Assembly: GCA_964361595.1 (NCBI GenBank)
Contig: CAYIAX010000004.1
Location: 615 to 64,614, forward strand
Origin: an uncultured Candidatus Saccharibacteria bacterium
Lineage (GTDB): Bacteria; Patescibacteriota; Minisyncoccia; UBA6257; 2-01-FULL-56-20
Direction: 5' to 3'
Length of the DNA: 64,000 bases
The position numbers and the translations under genes were made by a program. Each line of letters opens with the position of its first letter. The stretch's first letter is position 1. The notes below the pieces were generated by a model that was given only the letters and a program-made list of their open reading frames with translations, was not told the DNA's origin and made no database searches. Positions 50,640-59,291 of this stretch are shown piece after piece.

Positions 50640-51038
50640 CTAGAATTTAGAATTGGTTGCGGAGAATAATTTTTGCAGTTTTCGTTTAAGCGACATGTCG
50701 AGTTCGCGTTCGTCATTTACGGTGATCCTTACTCCGGCCACGAGTTCAGGAAGAATTTGTTCTTCGACTTTATCTTTGGGTTTAAGAAGCGTATGAAAAA
50801 GTTTGCGCGCGGGCTGGGGTAAGGGGCGGGCGGAAGCAACCTCAATTTTATTTATGCCCTTGCGGGCGTAAAACATTTTTTCGGTCGCCGCGGCGATTTT
50901 AGGCAAAAGGTATGCGTCGCCGTTTTGCCTCGCTAAAGATATGGCGCGGCGGATGTACTCTTCCTGCTTCACCTGGCTCTCTGTGCTTGCGAGCACCGCG
51001 CTTAAAGCTTCGGCATAAACCCTGGGAGAAAACTTCAT
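50640..51038 (-). CDS. atpH: ATP synthase delta subunit (short)
   Basis: YAEAL, ELVAGVRI...LDMS; operon position. Confidence 0.85.
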   Translation of the reverse strand: MKFSPRVYAEALSAVLASTESQVKQEEYIRRAISLARQNGDAYLLPKIAAATEKMFYARKGINKIEVASARPLPQPARKLFHTLLKPKDKVEEQILPELVAGVRITVNDERELDMSLKRKLQKLFSATNSKF

Positions 51039-51162
51039 CCCTCACCCTTAGAGAATTTGCGCAGAGCGCAAGCCCTCAATCTGTTTTGTCCTGGGGACCT
51101 TTAGCTCCGAATAAGTTCTTATTAAAATGTTTTTCATAAAGTGATTCTCTAAGGGTGAGGGA
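51039..51162 (-). repeat. 124-nt hairpin/mini-ORF element, family B copy 2 (uORF 51137-51048)
   Basis: Fills the whole atpF-atpH spacer. Confidence 0.9.
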
Positions 51163-51663
51163 TTATTTTCCGGCAATTTCCTCTACTGCTTTCTTGATCA
51201 AGGCCTCATCCACGGCCGTGGGAGCAAGTTCGACGGTGCGAATCAGGGCTGCTTTGACCAGGGCCGCCGCTTCTTGTTTCATCGCCCGGCGGGCGGTTTC
51301 CGCCTTACCGGCAATAATCTGATCCGTCTGGGCCAGCATCTCGGTTTCTTTGGTTTTGGCGGCTGCGAGGAGTTCGCCCTCGAGCCGCTTGGCCTTGGCT
51401 TCGGTGGCTTTAATTACAAGCATGGCCTTTTCATCAGCTTCTTTCATTTTGGCTCGCTCGAGCTCCTGGATTTCGCCTAACCGGACTTCGGCCTCTTTGG
51501 CTTTGGTGAGGCCCGCCTCGATTTTCTCCCGCCGGTCCTTGAGGATTTTTAAAATCGGCTTGTAAGCGAAAACGCGCAAGACAACTAGAAGCAGCAAGAA
51601 GTTCACCGCTTGGCTTAAAAGCAATTTCCAGTCGAGGCCTAATTGGTTGATGAGTTCAGACAT
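51163..51663 (-). CDS. atpF: ATP synthase b subunit
   Basis: QAVNFLLL...YKPI...RREKI, coiled coil. Confidence 0.93.
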   Translation of the reverse strand: MSELINQLGLDWKLLLSQAVNFLLLLVVLRVFAYKPILKILKDRREKIEAGLTKAKEAEVRLGEIQELERAKMKEADEKAMLVIKATEAKAKRLEGELLAAAKTKETEMLAQTDQIIAGKAETARRAMKQEAAALVKAALIRTVELAPTAVDEALIKKAVEEIAGK

Positions 51664-51745
51664 AATGCGATGCGAATGATGCGAATCCCATGCGAATACT
51701 GCGAATAATTCGTTGTATTCGCGTGCATTTGCGGATTAGCATTGC

Positions 51746-51973
51746 TTAAACGAACTTCAAAATTAACGCGACGACCAGCGCATAAATGGCGATCGCTTCG
51801 GCGAAGGCGATCGCGAGAATCATGGCCGTCTGCACCTTGGGGGCCGCTTCGGGGTTGCGGCCGATCGCATCCGTACCGCGCGAGCCGATCATGCCGATCG
51901 CGATGGCTGGCGCAATCGCACCGACAGCAATCGTGATCATCGGCGCCCACAAACGTACTGTTTCTAGTTCCAT
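51746..51973 (-). CDS. atpE: ATP synthase c subunit
   Basis: GRNPEA, AFAEAIAIY. Confidence 0.96.
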   Translation of the reverse strand: MELETVRLWAPMITIAVGAIAPAIAIGMIGSRGTDAIGRNPEAAPKVQTAMILAIAFAEAIAIYALVVALILKFV

Positions 51974-52087
51974 GTAGTTAAAATTCTAAGTTTGCAATTT
52001 TGCAATTCTCAAAAAATTAAGTTGAGTTTTGAAAATTGAAAATTGGGAATTGGAAATTGTGTTTGCGACCTTTTAATGACCAGAATT

Positions 52088-52825
52088 CTATTCATGTGCA
52101 ATGGCGGTGGCAACGAAGACGAGGGACAGCATTGCGAAGACGAAAGCTTGGATGAAACCCACGAAAGTTTCCAAGAAGAGAAACGGAAGCGGAATGAAGT
52201 AAGGAGTGAGGAAAGCGATGATCGTGAGCAAGATTTCGCCGGCAAAGATGTTGCCGAAGAGCCGGAACGAAAACGAGATCAGTTTAGCAACTTCGGAGAT
52301 TAATTCAAGTATGCCGATGAAAAAATCGATCGGTCCCCTGAAATTAAAAAATTTACCCGCGTGCTTTACAAAACCGATGACGGCAATACCCAGAATATTC
52401 ACGGTGACGACGGAAATGACGGCCAAGGCGAGCGTGAAATTGAGATCGCTGCCGGGCGAGCGCAAAAGCGGAACGCGCCCCTCCGCTGTTTCAAAAATGA
52501 CCGAGCCGATGCCGGGCAAAAGCCCAAACCAGTTCGCAGCGAGAATGAAAAGGAAAACGGTGCCCACAAAGGGCAGGTATTTTTCAGCTCGCTCACGGCT
52601 GCCAAGGATTCCTTCCATGAGCCCGAGCGCTCCCTCAATCGCAGTTTCAAAAGTATTTTGAATGTAGCCGGGGACGAGGACTAACCGCCGCCGGCCAATT
52701 GCGGCGAGCGCGGCTAGGATAACCATGACTAGAGTTGAAAGCAAAAGCGCGTTCGTGACGGGAAAGCCGCCGAGGCGGAAAAGTTCTTCGGCGCGGAGTG
52801 AAATATGTATGCCAGATGATTCCAT
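52088..52825 (-). CDS. atpB: ATP synthase a subunit
   Basis: SFRLFGNIFAGE, IQAFVF. Confidence 0.96.
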   Translation of the reverse strand: MESSGIHISLRAEELFRLGGFPVTNALLLSTLVMVILAALAAIGRRRLVLVPGYIQNTFETAIEGALGLMEGILGSRERAEKYLPFVGTVFLFILAANWFGLLPGIGSVIFETAEGRVPLLRSPGSDLNFTLALAVISVVTVNILGIAVIGFVKHAGKFFNFRGPIDFFIGILELISEVAKLISFSFRLFGNIFAGEILLTIIAFLTPYFIPLPFLFLETFVGFIQAFVFAMLSLVFVATAIAHE

Positions 52826-52949
52826 CCCTCACCCTTAGAGAATTTGCGCAGAGCGCAAGCCCTCAATCTGTTTTGTCCTGGGGACCTTTAGCTCCGAATA
52901 AGTTCTTATTAAAATGTTTTTCATAAAGTGATTCTCTAAGGGTGAGGGA
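52826..52949 (-). repeat. 124-nt hairpin/mini-ORF element, family B copy 3 in atpB leader (uORF 52924-52835)
   Basis: Appears identical to copy 2. Confidence 0.9.
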
Positions 52950-52985
52950 TTCCCGCCGGACGCCGAAAGCGGCGGCAGGAGAGTA

Positions 52986-53014
52986 ATTATAGGAAAAAGC
53001 GGCTGGAAAAGCAA
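52986..53014 (-). promoter_or_regulatory. Sigma70 promoter of atp operon
   Basis: TTGCTT-17-TATAAT on minus strand. Confidence 0.7.
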
Positions 53015-53321
53015 AACCGATTACAATCTAAAAAAGATAAGGCCGGCGCGGGAGAAAAGCTTGCGTCGGCCTCGGATGTTCGGGTCGTATAGACCCGAGT
53101 GGTCCCCAAAAGGAGGGGCAGCAGCGCAGCAAAAGCTAGCAACCGGGGTTATTTAGAAAATACTGGAACTGGCTTAATTATAGCGCTTGCATTTCGTTTA
53201 TGGAAGGGGAATGTGGATAACCCCAAAGGGCTTTACCGGGATTCAAGCATAAGGAAGCCCCGACGTGCATGGTTGCACCGGGGCTTTTAGCGGAAAATGT
53301 TTGGTGGGAAATACTTCTTAT

Positions 53322-53350
53322 ATCATACCAGTATACAAAATCTTTGTCAA
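53322..53350 (-). promoter_or_regulatory. Sigma70 promoter with no adjacent CDS
   Basis: TTGACA-17-TATGAT on minus strand. Confidence 0.65.
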
Positions 53351-53432
53351 GCGCGCTTCCGACGGTATTTGATTGAGTGAATACATAGTTTCCATGATAC
53401 GGAGGCTTGCGCTAACAGGGTTGGATTATCCT

Positions 53433-55247
53433 CTAAACTTTCCTATGTTTAGGCGTAACCCAAAAGCCCAGCCTGAACTTGCCGCCGAGCATCAGCCGCG
53501 TTTGCGCATCAAGACCCGGAAAAGCGCCGAAGACAATCAGAGTTATGGGGATCAAGAGCCACTGCAACGCATACAGGAAATAATGCCACCGGCGGAACCA
53601 GGCCGGCTTGGGGGGCAAAAGCAGTATGGCGAGTATAGCTGAACTGGCGATACCCAACATCGCCAAGCTCATAATGAAGCTTGTAATCTGCGGCAGGCTG
53701 TAAGACAGAAGCGAGTAGCTGAAAGCCTCGCCGCCCAGCCAGAGCGGCAGCCAGCCCAAAGCAAAAATCATGAGGGCGTTCGTCGCCCAGGAATGAAAAC
53801 CTTCGATCGTAATCAATGACCAGTACCATTTTTTCCGCAAGGGTATTTTTTTATCGTATAAAAACCCTTGCCCGCGATCCGAATCTACCAATCCATCCGA
53901 AGTATCCGAATGGCCTTGCTGAATAGGCATATCCGAATAATTCGGGTTGTTGATTCGGTAAGTATTCGGAGCATTCGAATGTAATTCGGATTTTTCGGAT
54001 TGCCTACCACAGAGCATATAAGGAATGTTTTCCGCGCCCCAGCCCCAGCGCCGGTGCTGGCGGTAGGTATTTTTCATCGTACTCCAAAAAGTCGGGCCGA
54101 CGTTTGCATCCATGGATACGGGATAGGATAAGGGCTCCACGCGGAACTCGCCGTTGTAGCGCAGAAATCCCTGCCAGAACACACGCGAGTCTTCGGAAAC
54201 GACATCCTTGTGCCAGAATCCCATATCAACAAGCGCCTGGAAAGGGATTGATTGGGACGAAAAAGATGTGAGCCGTTCCGGCCTCGCCTGCTGCATCATT
54301 TGCCAGAAGGTGGAGGAGAACGAAACTACGCGCGCGAAAGCGGGAGCCTGGTAAATATTGTTAGTGAAGAGCGGCACCGGTTGGTAGATTGCGCGCAGCC
54401 TGTCTTCGGCATTTAAAAATGCATAGGTGAGCCGTCCGAAGTAATCGGGGAAAATTTGCGTGTCAATGTCAAAAACGGAAACCAGAATATTTTCGTAGGA
54501 GAGCGCTGATTCACGCTGACTAGACGCTGACTTGCGCAGAACCTCGCTGGCGGTATCGTTGGTCTGCGTATAGTCTGCGTAAGTCCGCGTATTGACCAAG
54601 GGGTCAATAATTAGCCGCTTGGCTTCTTTGGCGGCCCAGGCTTCGTTCGAACCTTTGCCGGGAATTTCTCCGGGCAAGCCGGCCGGGTGTTTCGTAGTTA
54701 GAAACCTGCGGAAGCGCGCGCCGAATTCCGCTTTGATTTTTTTCGCCGTTTCCGCGGCTTCCTCGCCGCCGCTTGCTTCCGTCGCCAAAACCACGATGAA
54801 TTTGTCCGTGGGATAATTGGCTTTAACCAAACTTCCAAAACTTTCTCGCACGAGCGGATGGGGTTCTTTGTGTATAGGGAAGATGATTAAGTGAATGATT
54901 TCTTTCCAGGATATGCGATTCGAATCTACTAATTCATCCGAATGCTCCGATTCAACAATTCGGGGCATTCGGATGTCATTCGCCTGCCTGCCGGTCAGGC
55001 AGGGATTTTTAGGATCGCTTTGGAGCTTTTTTAATTCCGCGAGCCAATCCACCTTAAGATTGCGCTTCATCTGCCGGAAAGTCGCGCTCAAATGGAGCGA
55101 GAGGTAAACGGTTTTGAGGAGCCAGTAGGTGTCAAAAAGAATGATGAAGATGGCGATAAAAGCGGGAGTGGCCCAGGAGAGGAAAACCATGAGTCCGATC
55201 GTGAGCCAAGCCAGCGCTCCGGGAATAATTTCAAAAAAGCGGTACAT
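53433..55247 (-). CDS. GT2-family membrane glycosyltransferase with three repeat-derived inserts
   Basis: GKGSN, FDID, SEDS, QHRRW motifs. Confidence 0.88.
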   Translation of the reverse strand: MYRFFEIIPGALAWLTIGLMVFLSWATPAFIAIFIILFDTYWLLKTVYLSLHLSATFRQMKRNLKVDWLAELKKLQSDPKNPCLTGRQANDIRMPRIVESEHSDELVDSNRISWKEIIHLIIFPIHKEPHPLVRESFGSLVKANYPTDKFIVVLATEASGGEEAAETAKKIKAEFGARFRRFLTTKHPAGLPGEIPGKGSNEAWAAKEAKRLIIDPLVNTRTYADYTQTNDTASEVLRKSASSQRESALSYENILVSVFDIDTQIFPDYFGRLTYAFLNAEDRLRAIYQPVPLFTNNIYQAPAFARVVSFSSTFWQMMQQARPERLTSFSSQSIPFQALVDMGFWHKDVVSEDSRVFWQGFLRYNGEFRVEPLSYPVSMDANVGPTFWSTMKNTYRQHRRWGWGAENIPYMLCGRQSEKSELHSNAPNTYRINNPNYSDMPIQQGHSDTSDGLVDSDRGQGFLYDKKIPLRKKWYWSLITIEGFHSWATNALMIFALGWLPLWLGGEAFSYSLLSYSLPQITSFIMSLAMLGIASSAILAILLLPPKPAWFRRWHYFLYALQWLLIPITLIVFGAFPGLDAQTRLMLGGKFRLGFWVTPKHRKV

Positions 55248-55382
55248 ATTTAGAACCTAGAATTTAAAACCTAGAAGCTAGAAAGTATGATTTTCTTAAA
55301 TTTGCCGTGATTGCTTGAAAATTAAGCGTATTCACTATACAGTATAACGGCAGAGCACGGAAATACAGGTAAAAAATCTTTT

Positions 55383-55457
55383 GGCCTCGTCGTCTAGCCT
55401 GGTCCAGGACGCCGCCCTTTCACGGCGGAGACACGGGTTCGAATCCCGTCGGGGCTA
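55383..55457 (+). tRNA. tRNA-Glu (TTC)
   Basis: GGCCTCG/CGGGGCT, CCGCC-CTTTCAC-GGCGG, GGTTCGAATCC. Confidence 0.95.
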
Positions 55458-55505
55458 CAATTATCCACTTTTGTACTAGCGTTTGAGATTGTATAATAAG
55501 TTACG

Positions 55506-56207
55506 ATGGTTCAAAACGCGAAAAAGGCTCGGGCAGTTCAGCTAAGGTTAGCCGGCAAAAGCTATGGGGAAATTACTAAAATTCTCAACGTATCTTCAAA
55601 GGGATTGTTGAGTTACTGGTTTAGAGATTTAGTCTTGCCCGTAAAAGTTAGGAAAAAGCTATCTCGGAAAATAGCCTTTGCTAGAAAACGAGGATTTTTT
55701 AGATTCAATAAAGAACGCACCGCAGCTATTCTTGCCGACAATGAGCTGGTTGCTAAACAAGCCGCCGCTTCCATCAAAAGACTTGCAAAAAACGAACTCC
55801 TCCTGGTTGGCGCAGCTCTTTATTGGGGCGAAGGCACGACAAAAGAACTCGAATATGGTTATCAGCGCATTTCCTTTTCTAACTCGAACCCCATTATGGT
55901 AAAAATTTTTATGAGGTTTCTCCGCGAGATTTTAAGTGTTGAAGATGACAAGATTAAAGCTGGTATTCATATCCATCCGAACATTAGTGCGGAAGCAGCA
56001 AAAAAATTTTGGTCAAAAGTAACCGGTTTAGATGCAGGAAAGTTCTATATTTTCAATCAAATCAGCCGCGCGAGCCAACTAAAGCGGCCACCAAATTTTC
56101 TCCCCTACGGAACAATCAACATTCGGGTTAGCAATAGGCAATTGTTTTATAAAATTAAAGGATATATTAACGGGATTATTGCACAACTGGCATCTGAAGC
56201 AATTTGA
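55506..56207 (+). CDS. HTH plus LAGLIDADG-like hypothetical protein next to tRNA
   Basis: GKSYGEI HTH; ALYWGEG...FSNSNP...FMRFL; AT-rich. Confidence 0.65.
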   Translation: MVQNAKKARAVQLRLAGKSYGEITKILNVSSKGLLSYWFRDLVLPVKVRKKLSRKIAFARKRGFFRFNKERTAAILADNELVAKQAAASIKRLAKNELLLVGAALYWGEGTTKELEYGYQRISFSNSNPIMVKIFMRFLREILSVEDDKIKAGIHIHPNISAEAAKKFWSKVTGLDAGKFYIFNQISRASQLKRPPNFLPYGTINIRVSNRQLFYKIKGYINGIIAQLASEAI

Positions 56208-56220
56208 TATACTTATTGTA

Positions 56221-57072
56221 ATGCAGGATAAATCTATTCCAGATTCCAGATTCCAGATTCTAGATTCTCGCCGGGGTTTCACCATCCTTGAGCTTTTGAT
56301 TTTCACCGCGATTTTTACCGGCGCGGCGATGGCGTTTATCGCGATCCTGGTGGCGGTTACGCGCGTCCACGTCCGCCAGAACGCGATGGCCGAGGTAACG
56401 CAGCAAAGCCAATTCCTGCTGACCACGATTCAGCGCTACGTCGAACAGTCGAGCGCCATCGAAATGGCCAACGATTCGACGACGAGCACCTTAAAGCTTC
56501 GCATGGCTTCGACGACCGGCGATCCCGCCTATATTTATTTGTCGGGAACGACCGTCTACCTGAAACAAACGGAGAGTGGCACGGCCGAGCCTTTGACTTC
56601 GGACAAGGTGCAGATAACAAGTTTGAATTTCGCCAAGCGGTCTAATCCCGGCGGCCACGATTCGGTGAGCGTGGCCTTTCTGATGAACTATAACGCGACG
56701 AACATTCAGCACCGCTTCACGAATGAAATTGATACTGCGATCGGCCGGGTCTCCGCGGCCACTTTTGATTCGAACATTTTGCCTTCGACCGGGAACACTT
56801 ACCGCCTGGGCACGGCGGCGGCGGATTGGCAGGCGATCAACAACACGATTTATTTCAGCGGCTCGAACGTGGGCGTGGGGGTTGCCTCGCCAGGCCAGAC
56901 GCTCGAGGTAAACGGCGGCGTGCGCTTGAATACGACGACCGGGAAGCCGACTTGCGACTCTACCCAGCGCGGCACGCTGTGGGTAACGCAGTCCGCGAGC
57001 GGCACCAAGGATTATGTCCAGGCCTGTATTCGCAGTTCTACGAGCACGTTTTACTGGGCAACTTTAGATTAG
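56221..57072 (+). CDS. Type IV pilin-like protein (prepilin N-methylation motif)
   Basis: RRG/FTILELLIF cleavage motif and hydrophobic helix; leader encoded by ATTCCAG repeats. Confidence 0.85.
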   Translation: MQDKSIPDSRFQILDSRRGFTILELLIFTAIFTGAAMAFIAILVAVTRVHVRQNAMAEVTQQSQFLLTTIQRYVEQSSAIEMANDSTTSTLKLRMASTTGDPAYIYLSGTTVYLKQTESGTAEPLTSDKVQITSLNFAKRSNPGGHDSVSVAFLMNYNATNIQHRFTNEIDTAIGRVSAATFDSNILPSTGNTYRLGTAAADWQAINNTIYFSGSNVGVGVASPGQTLEVNGGVRLNTTTGKPTCDSTQRGTLWVTQSASGTKDYVQACIRSSTSTFYWATLD

Positions 57073-57205
57073 AACCTAGAAGCTAGAATTCAGAATCTAG
57101 AATCGCTTTTAAAACCTAGAAGTTAGAATTTAGAACCCAGAAGAAACATGATCGAAACTTTTTAATCATAAATTCTAAATTCTAGGTTCTAGATTCTAGA
57201 TTCTG
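57069..57205 (+). repeat. TAGAAnn / nnTTCTA heptamer inverted arrays
   Basis: TAGAACC TAGAAGC TAGAATT... and ...ATTCTAG GTTCTAG ATTCTAG. Confidence 0.85.
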
Positions 57206-57209
57206 CACA

Positions 57210-57548
57210 ATGACCAAATCTTTCAAGGAGCTTCTGGTTTGGCAAAAAGCCAAGGAATTAGCCGTTGAAATTTATAAGCTGACGGAAGAATTTCCAAACT
57301 CTGAAATTTATGGTTTAAGCAGCCAGATGCGAAGAGCTGTTATTTCGATTTCTTCTAATATCGCGGAAAGCTACCAGCGTTTTCATAAAAAAGAAAAAGA
57401 CCAATTACTTGCAGTGGCTTACGGTTCGGGCGCGGAGCTTGAAAGCCAGATTGAAATAGCAAGGGAGTTGTTCCCTAGCTTAAAATATGAAAAAGCAGAT
57501 GCGATTCTTTTGGAAGTTATGAAAATGCTTAACAATTTCCTGCATTAA
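57210..57548 (+). CDS. Four-helix-bundle protein (IVP/Avd-like family)
   Basis: SFKELLVWQKA...FPNSEIYGLSSQMRRAVISISSNIAE. Confidence 0.92.
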   Translation: MTKSFKELLVWQKAKELAVEIYKLTEEFPNSEIYGLSSQMRRAVISISSNIAESYQRFHKKEKDQLLAVAYGSGAELESQIEIARELFPSLKYEKADAILLEVMKMLNNFLH

Positions 57549-57677
57549 GTCAATTTCCAGCTTCCAGCTTCCAGCTTCCAGCTTCTAAGTTTGCTTGTGG
57601 ATAAACTATTTACCGGCTTGTTATATACTATTATTGAGTATTCTAGGTTCTAAATTCTGAATTCTAGATTCTAAACA

Positions 57678-58205
57678 ATGTCCAACAAACAAATCATCTA
57701 TGTTGTGATCGCCGTCGCCATCGCGGGTTCCTTGGTTGCCTATTTTGTTTCGCGCAAAGGGAGTAGCGCGCCGGAATCCGAACTTAGCCAGCAAGGAGGC
57801 CAAGGCTTGGTTACGCGGGAAGTGGCGCCGGAGAATATCGCAGTTCCGGAAAAAGATTCCGGTAACGTTCCGGAAAATGTCGCCAAGCCCGAGCAGGTAT
57901 CGCCGGCGGCGGCTGGAGTAGAGGAAGATATGCGGACATTTTCGATTACCGTGTCGGGAAATAAATTTTCGCCGGACACAGTGATTGCTCGTGTCGGCGA
58001 CATCATTAAATTGAATTTCACCGCCGTCGACAAAAATTATGAATTTACCCAGCCGGATTATGGCTTTAAGGCCCAGCTCCCGAAAGGACAAACGGTTTCC
58101 GTAACCTTCGGCGTGAACGGCGAAGGCAAGTTCCTTTTCTACTGCGGCAGCTGCGGCGGGCCGTCACAGGGTCCGGTGGGATATATTATTGTGGTGAAAA
58201 GATAA
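57678..58205 (+). CDS. Membrane-anchored cupredoxin-domain protein
   Basis: FSPDTVIARVGD, FYCGSCGG...GYIIV. Confidence 0.75.
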   Translation: MSNKQIIYVVIAVAIAGSLVAYFVSRKGSSAPESELSQQGGQGLVTREVAPENIAVPEKDSGNVPENVAKPEQVSPAAAGVEEDMRTFSITVSGNKFSPDTVIARVGDIIKLNFTAVDKNYEFTQPDYGFKAQLPKGQTVSVTFGVNGEGKFLFYCGSCGGPSQGPVGYIIVVKR

Positions 58206-58326
58206 GAACCTAGAATTTAGAACCTGGAATCTGGAAAATACGAATTATGCTATTACTAAAAAAGTCGATCGGTTTTTAAAGTTTTAAATTCTAGATTCTG
58301 AATTCTAGGTTCTAAATTCTAATCTC

Positions 58327-58773
58327 ATGTTAAATAAAAAACTTTTAGGAATTTTAGTCGCGGTCATCGTTGTTCTCGTTCTGGTCGGCGTCTGGGTGGG
58401 GGTTAAACTTACCGGAAACGGCGCTGACGAGCCCTCGGAATATTCGGCGGTTTACCTTTCAAGCGGCGATATTTATTTCGGCAAACTCTCCTGGTTCCCG
58501 TGGCCCAAAATTAAAAATGTTTGGTACATCCAGCGGGGAGTGGACGCGCAGAATCAGCCCCAGCTGGGACTTGCGCCTTTCACTTCCGTTTTCTGGGGTC
58601 CGGTTGACGAAGTTTCCTTAAATCCCAAAGAAATTCTTTTTTGGACGCGCTTGCGCGAAAGCAGCCAGCTTGTGCAGGCCTTCAGGAACCCGCAAGCGGT
58701 CCAGCCGCCGCCCGCGAATCAGCAGGTTTCACCAGGGCAGCAGCAAAATCCCACAAGCGGAAACCCTCAATAG
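58327..58773 (+). CDS. Membrane-anchored hypothetical protein
   Basis: TM then YSAVYLSSGDIYFGKL. Confidence 0.75.
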   Translation: MLNKKLLGILVAVIVVLVLVGVWVGVKLTGNGADEPSEYSAVYLSSGDIYFGKLSWFPWPKIKNVWYIQRGVDAQNQPQLGLAPFTSVFWGPVDEVSLNPKEILFWTRLRESSQLVQAFRNPQAVQPPPANQQVSPGQQQNPTSGNPQ

Positions 58774-58820
58774 TAAGTAGAAAGTGGTAGGTAGTAGGTG
58801 GAATATGGGACGATAAAAAC

Positions 58821-59192
58821 ATGACCGAAGGATCAAATATAAAATCCTTTCGGGATTTAAACATTTGGCAGAAAACAAAAGCCTATGCAGTAGCTTTGTA
58901 CAAAGTCACCGAGCAATTTCCTCGATCCGAGCTTTACGGGTTAACCAATCAAATCCGGCGCGCGGCGGTTTCTATGCCTGCGAATATCGCCGAAGGATTT
59001 AGGAGAAAGACAAAAAAAGAAAAACTGCAGTTTTTACGGATTGCCTATGGGTCAGGAGCTGAATTGGAGACACACCTCGAAATCAGCCGCGACTTGAATT
59101 ATTTGCCGGAAACATCGTATGCAAATCTGGCGCTTGAGTTGGAAAGCATTATGAAAATGATGAATTCAGCTCTCCGCTCTCTGGAAAGCTGA
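58821..59192 (+). CDS. Four-helix-bundle protein (IVP/Avd-like family)
   Basis: SFRDLNIWQK...FPRSELYGLTNQIRRAAVSMPANIAEG. Confidence 0.92.
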   Translation: MTEGSNIKSFRDLNIWQKTKAYAVALYKVTEQFPRSELYGLTNQIRRAAVSMPANIAEGFRRKTKKEKLQFLRIAYGSGAELETHLEISRDLNYLPETSYANLALELESIMKMMNSALRSLES

Positions 59193-59291
59193 AATAGCAG
59201 GATAATTGTCTACCACCTACCACCTACCACCAAATACTTGTCCACAGCCGTTAAATCCCCGGGTTCTATATAATAAAGGTAAATACGCAGC

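Noticed and set aside
57210-59192. 23S rRNA intervening sequence or complete DGR
   Set aside because: No rRNA gene, reverse transcriptase or template repeat in the window
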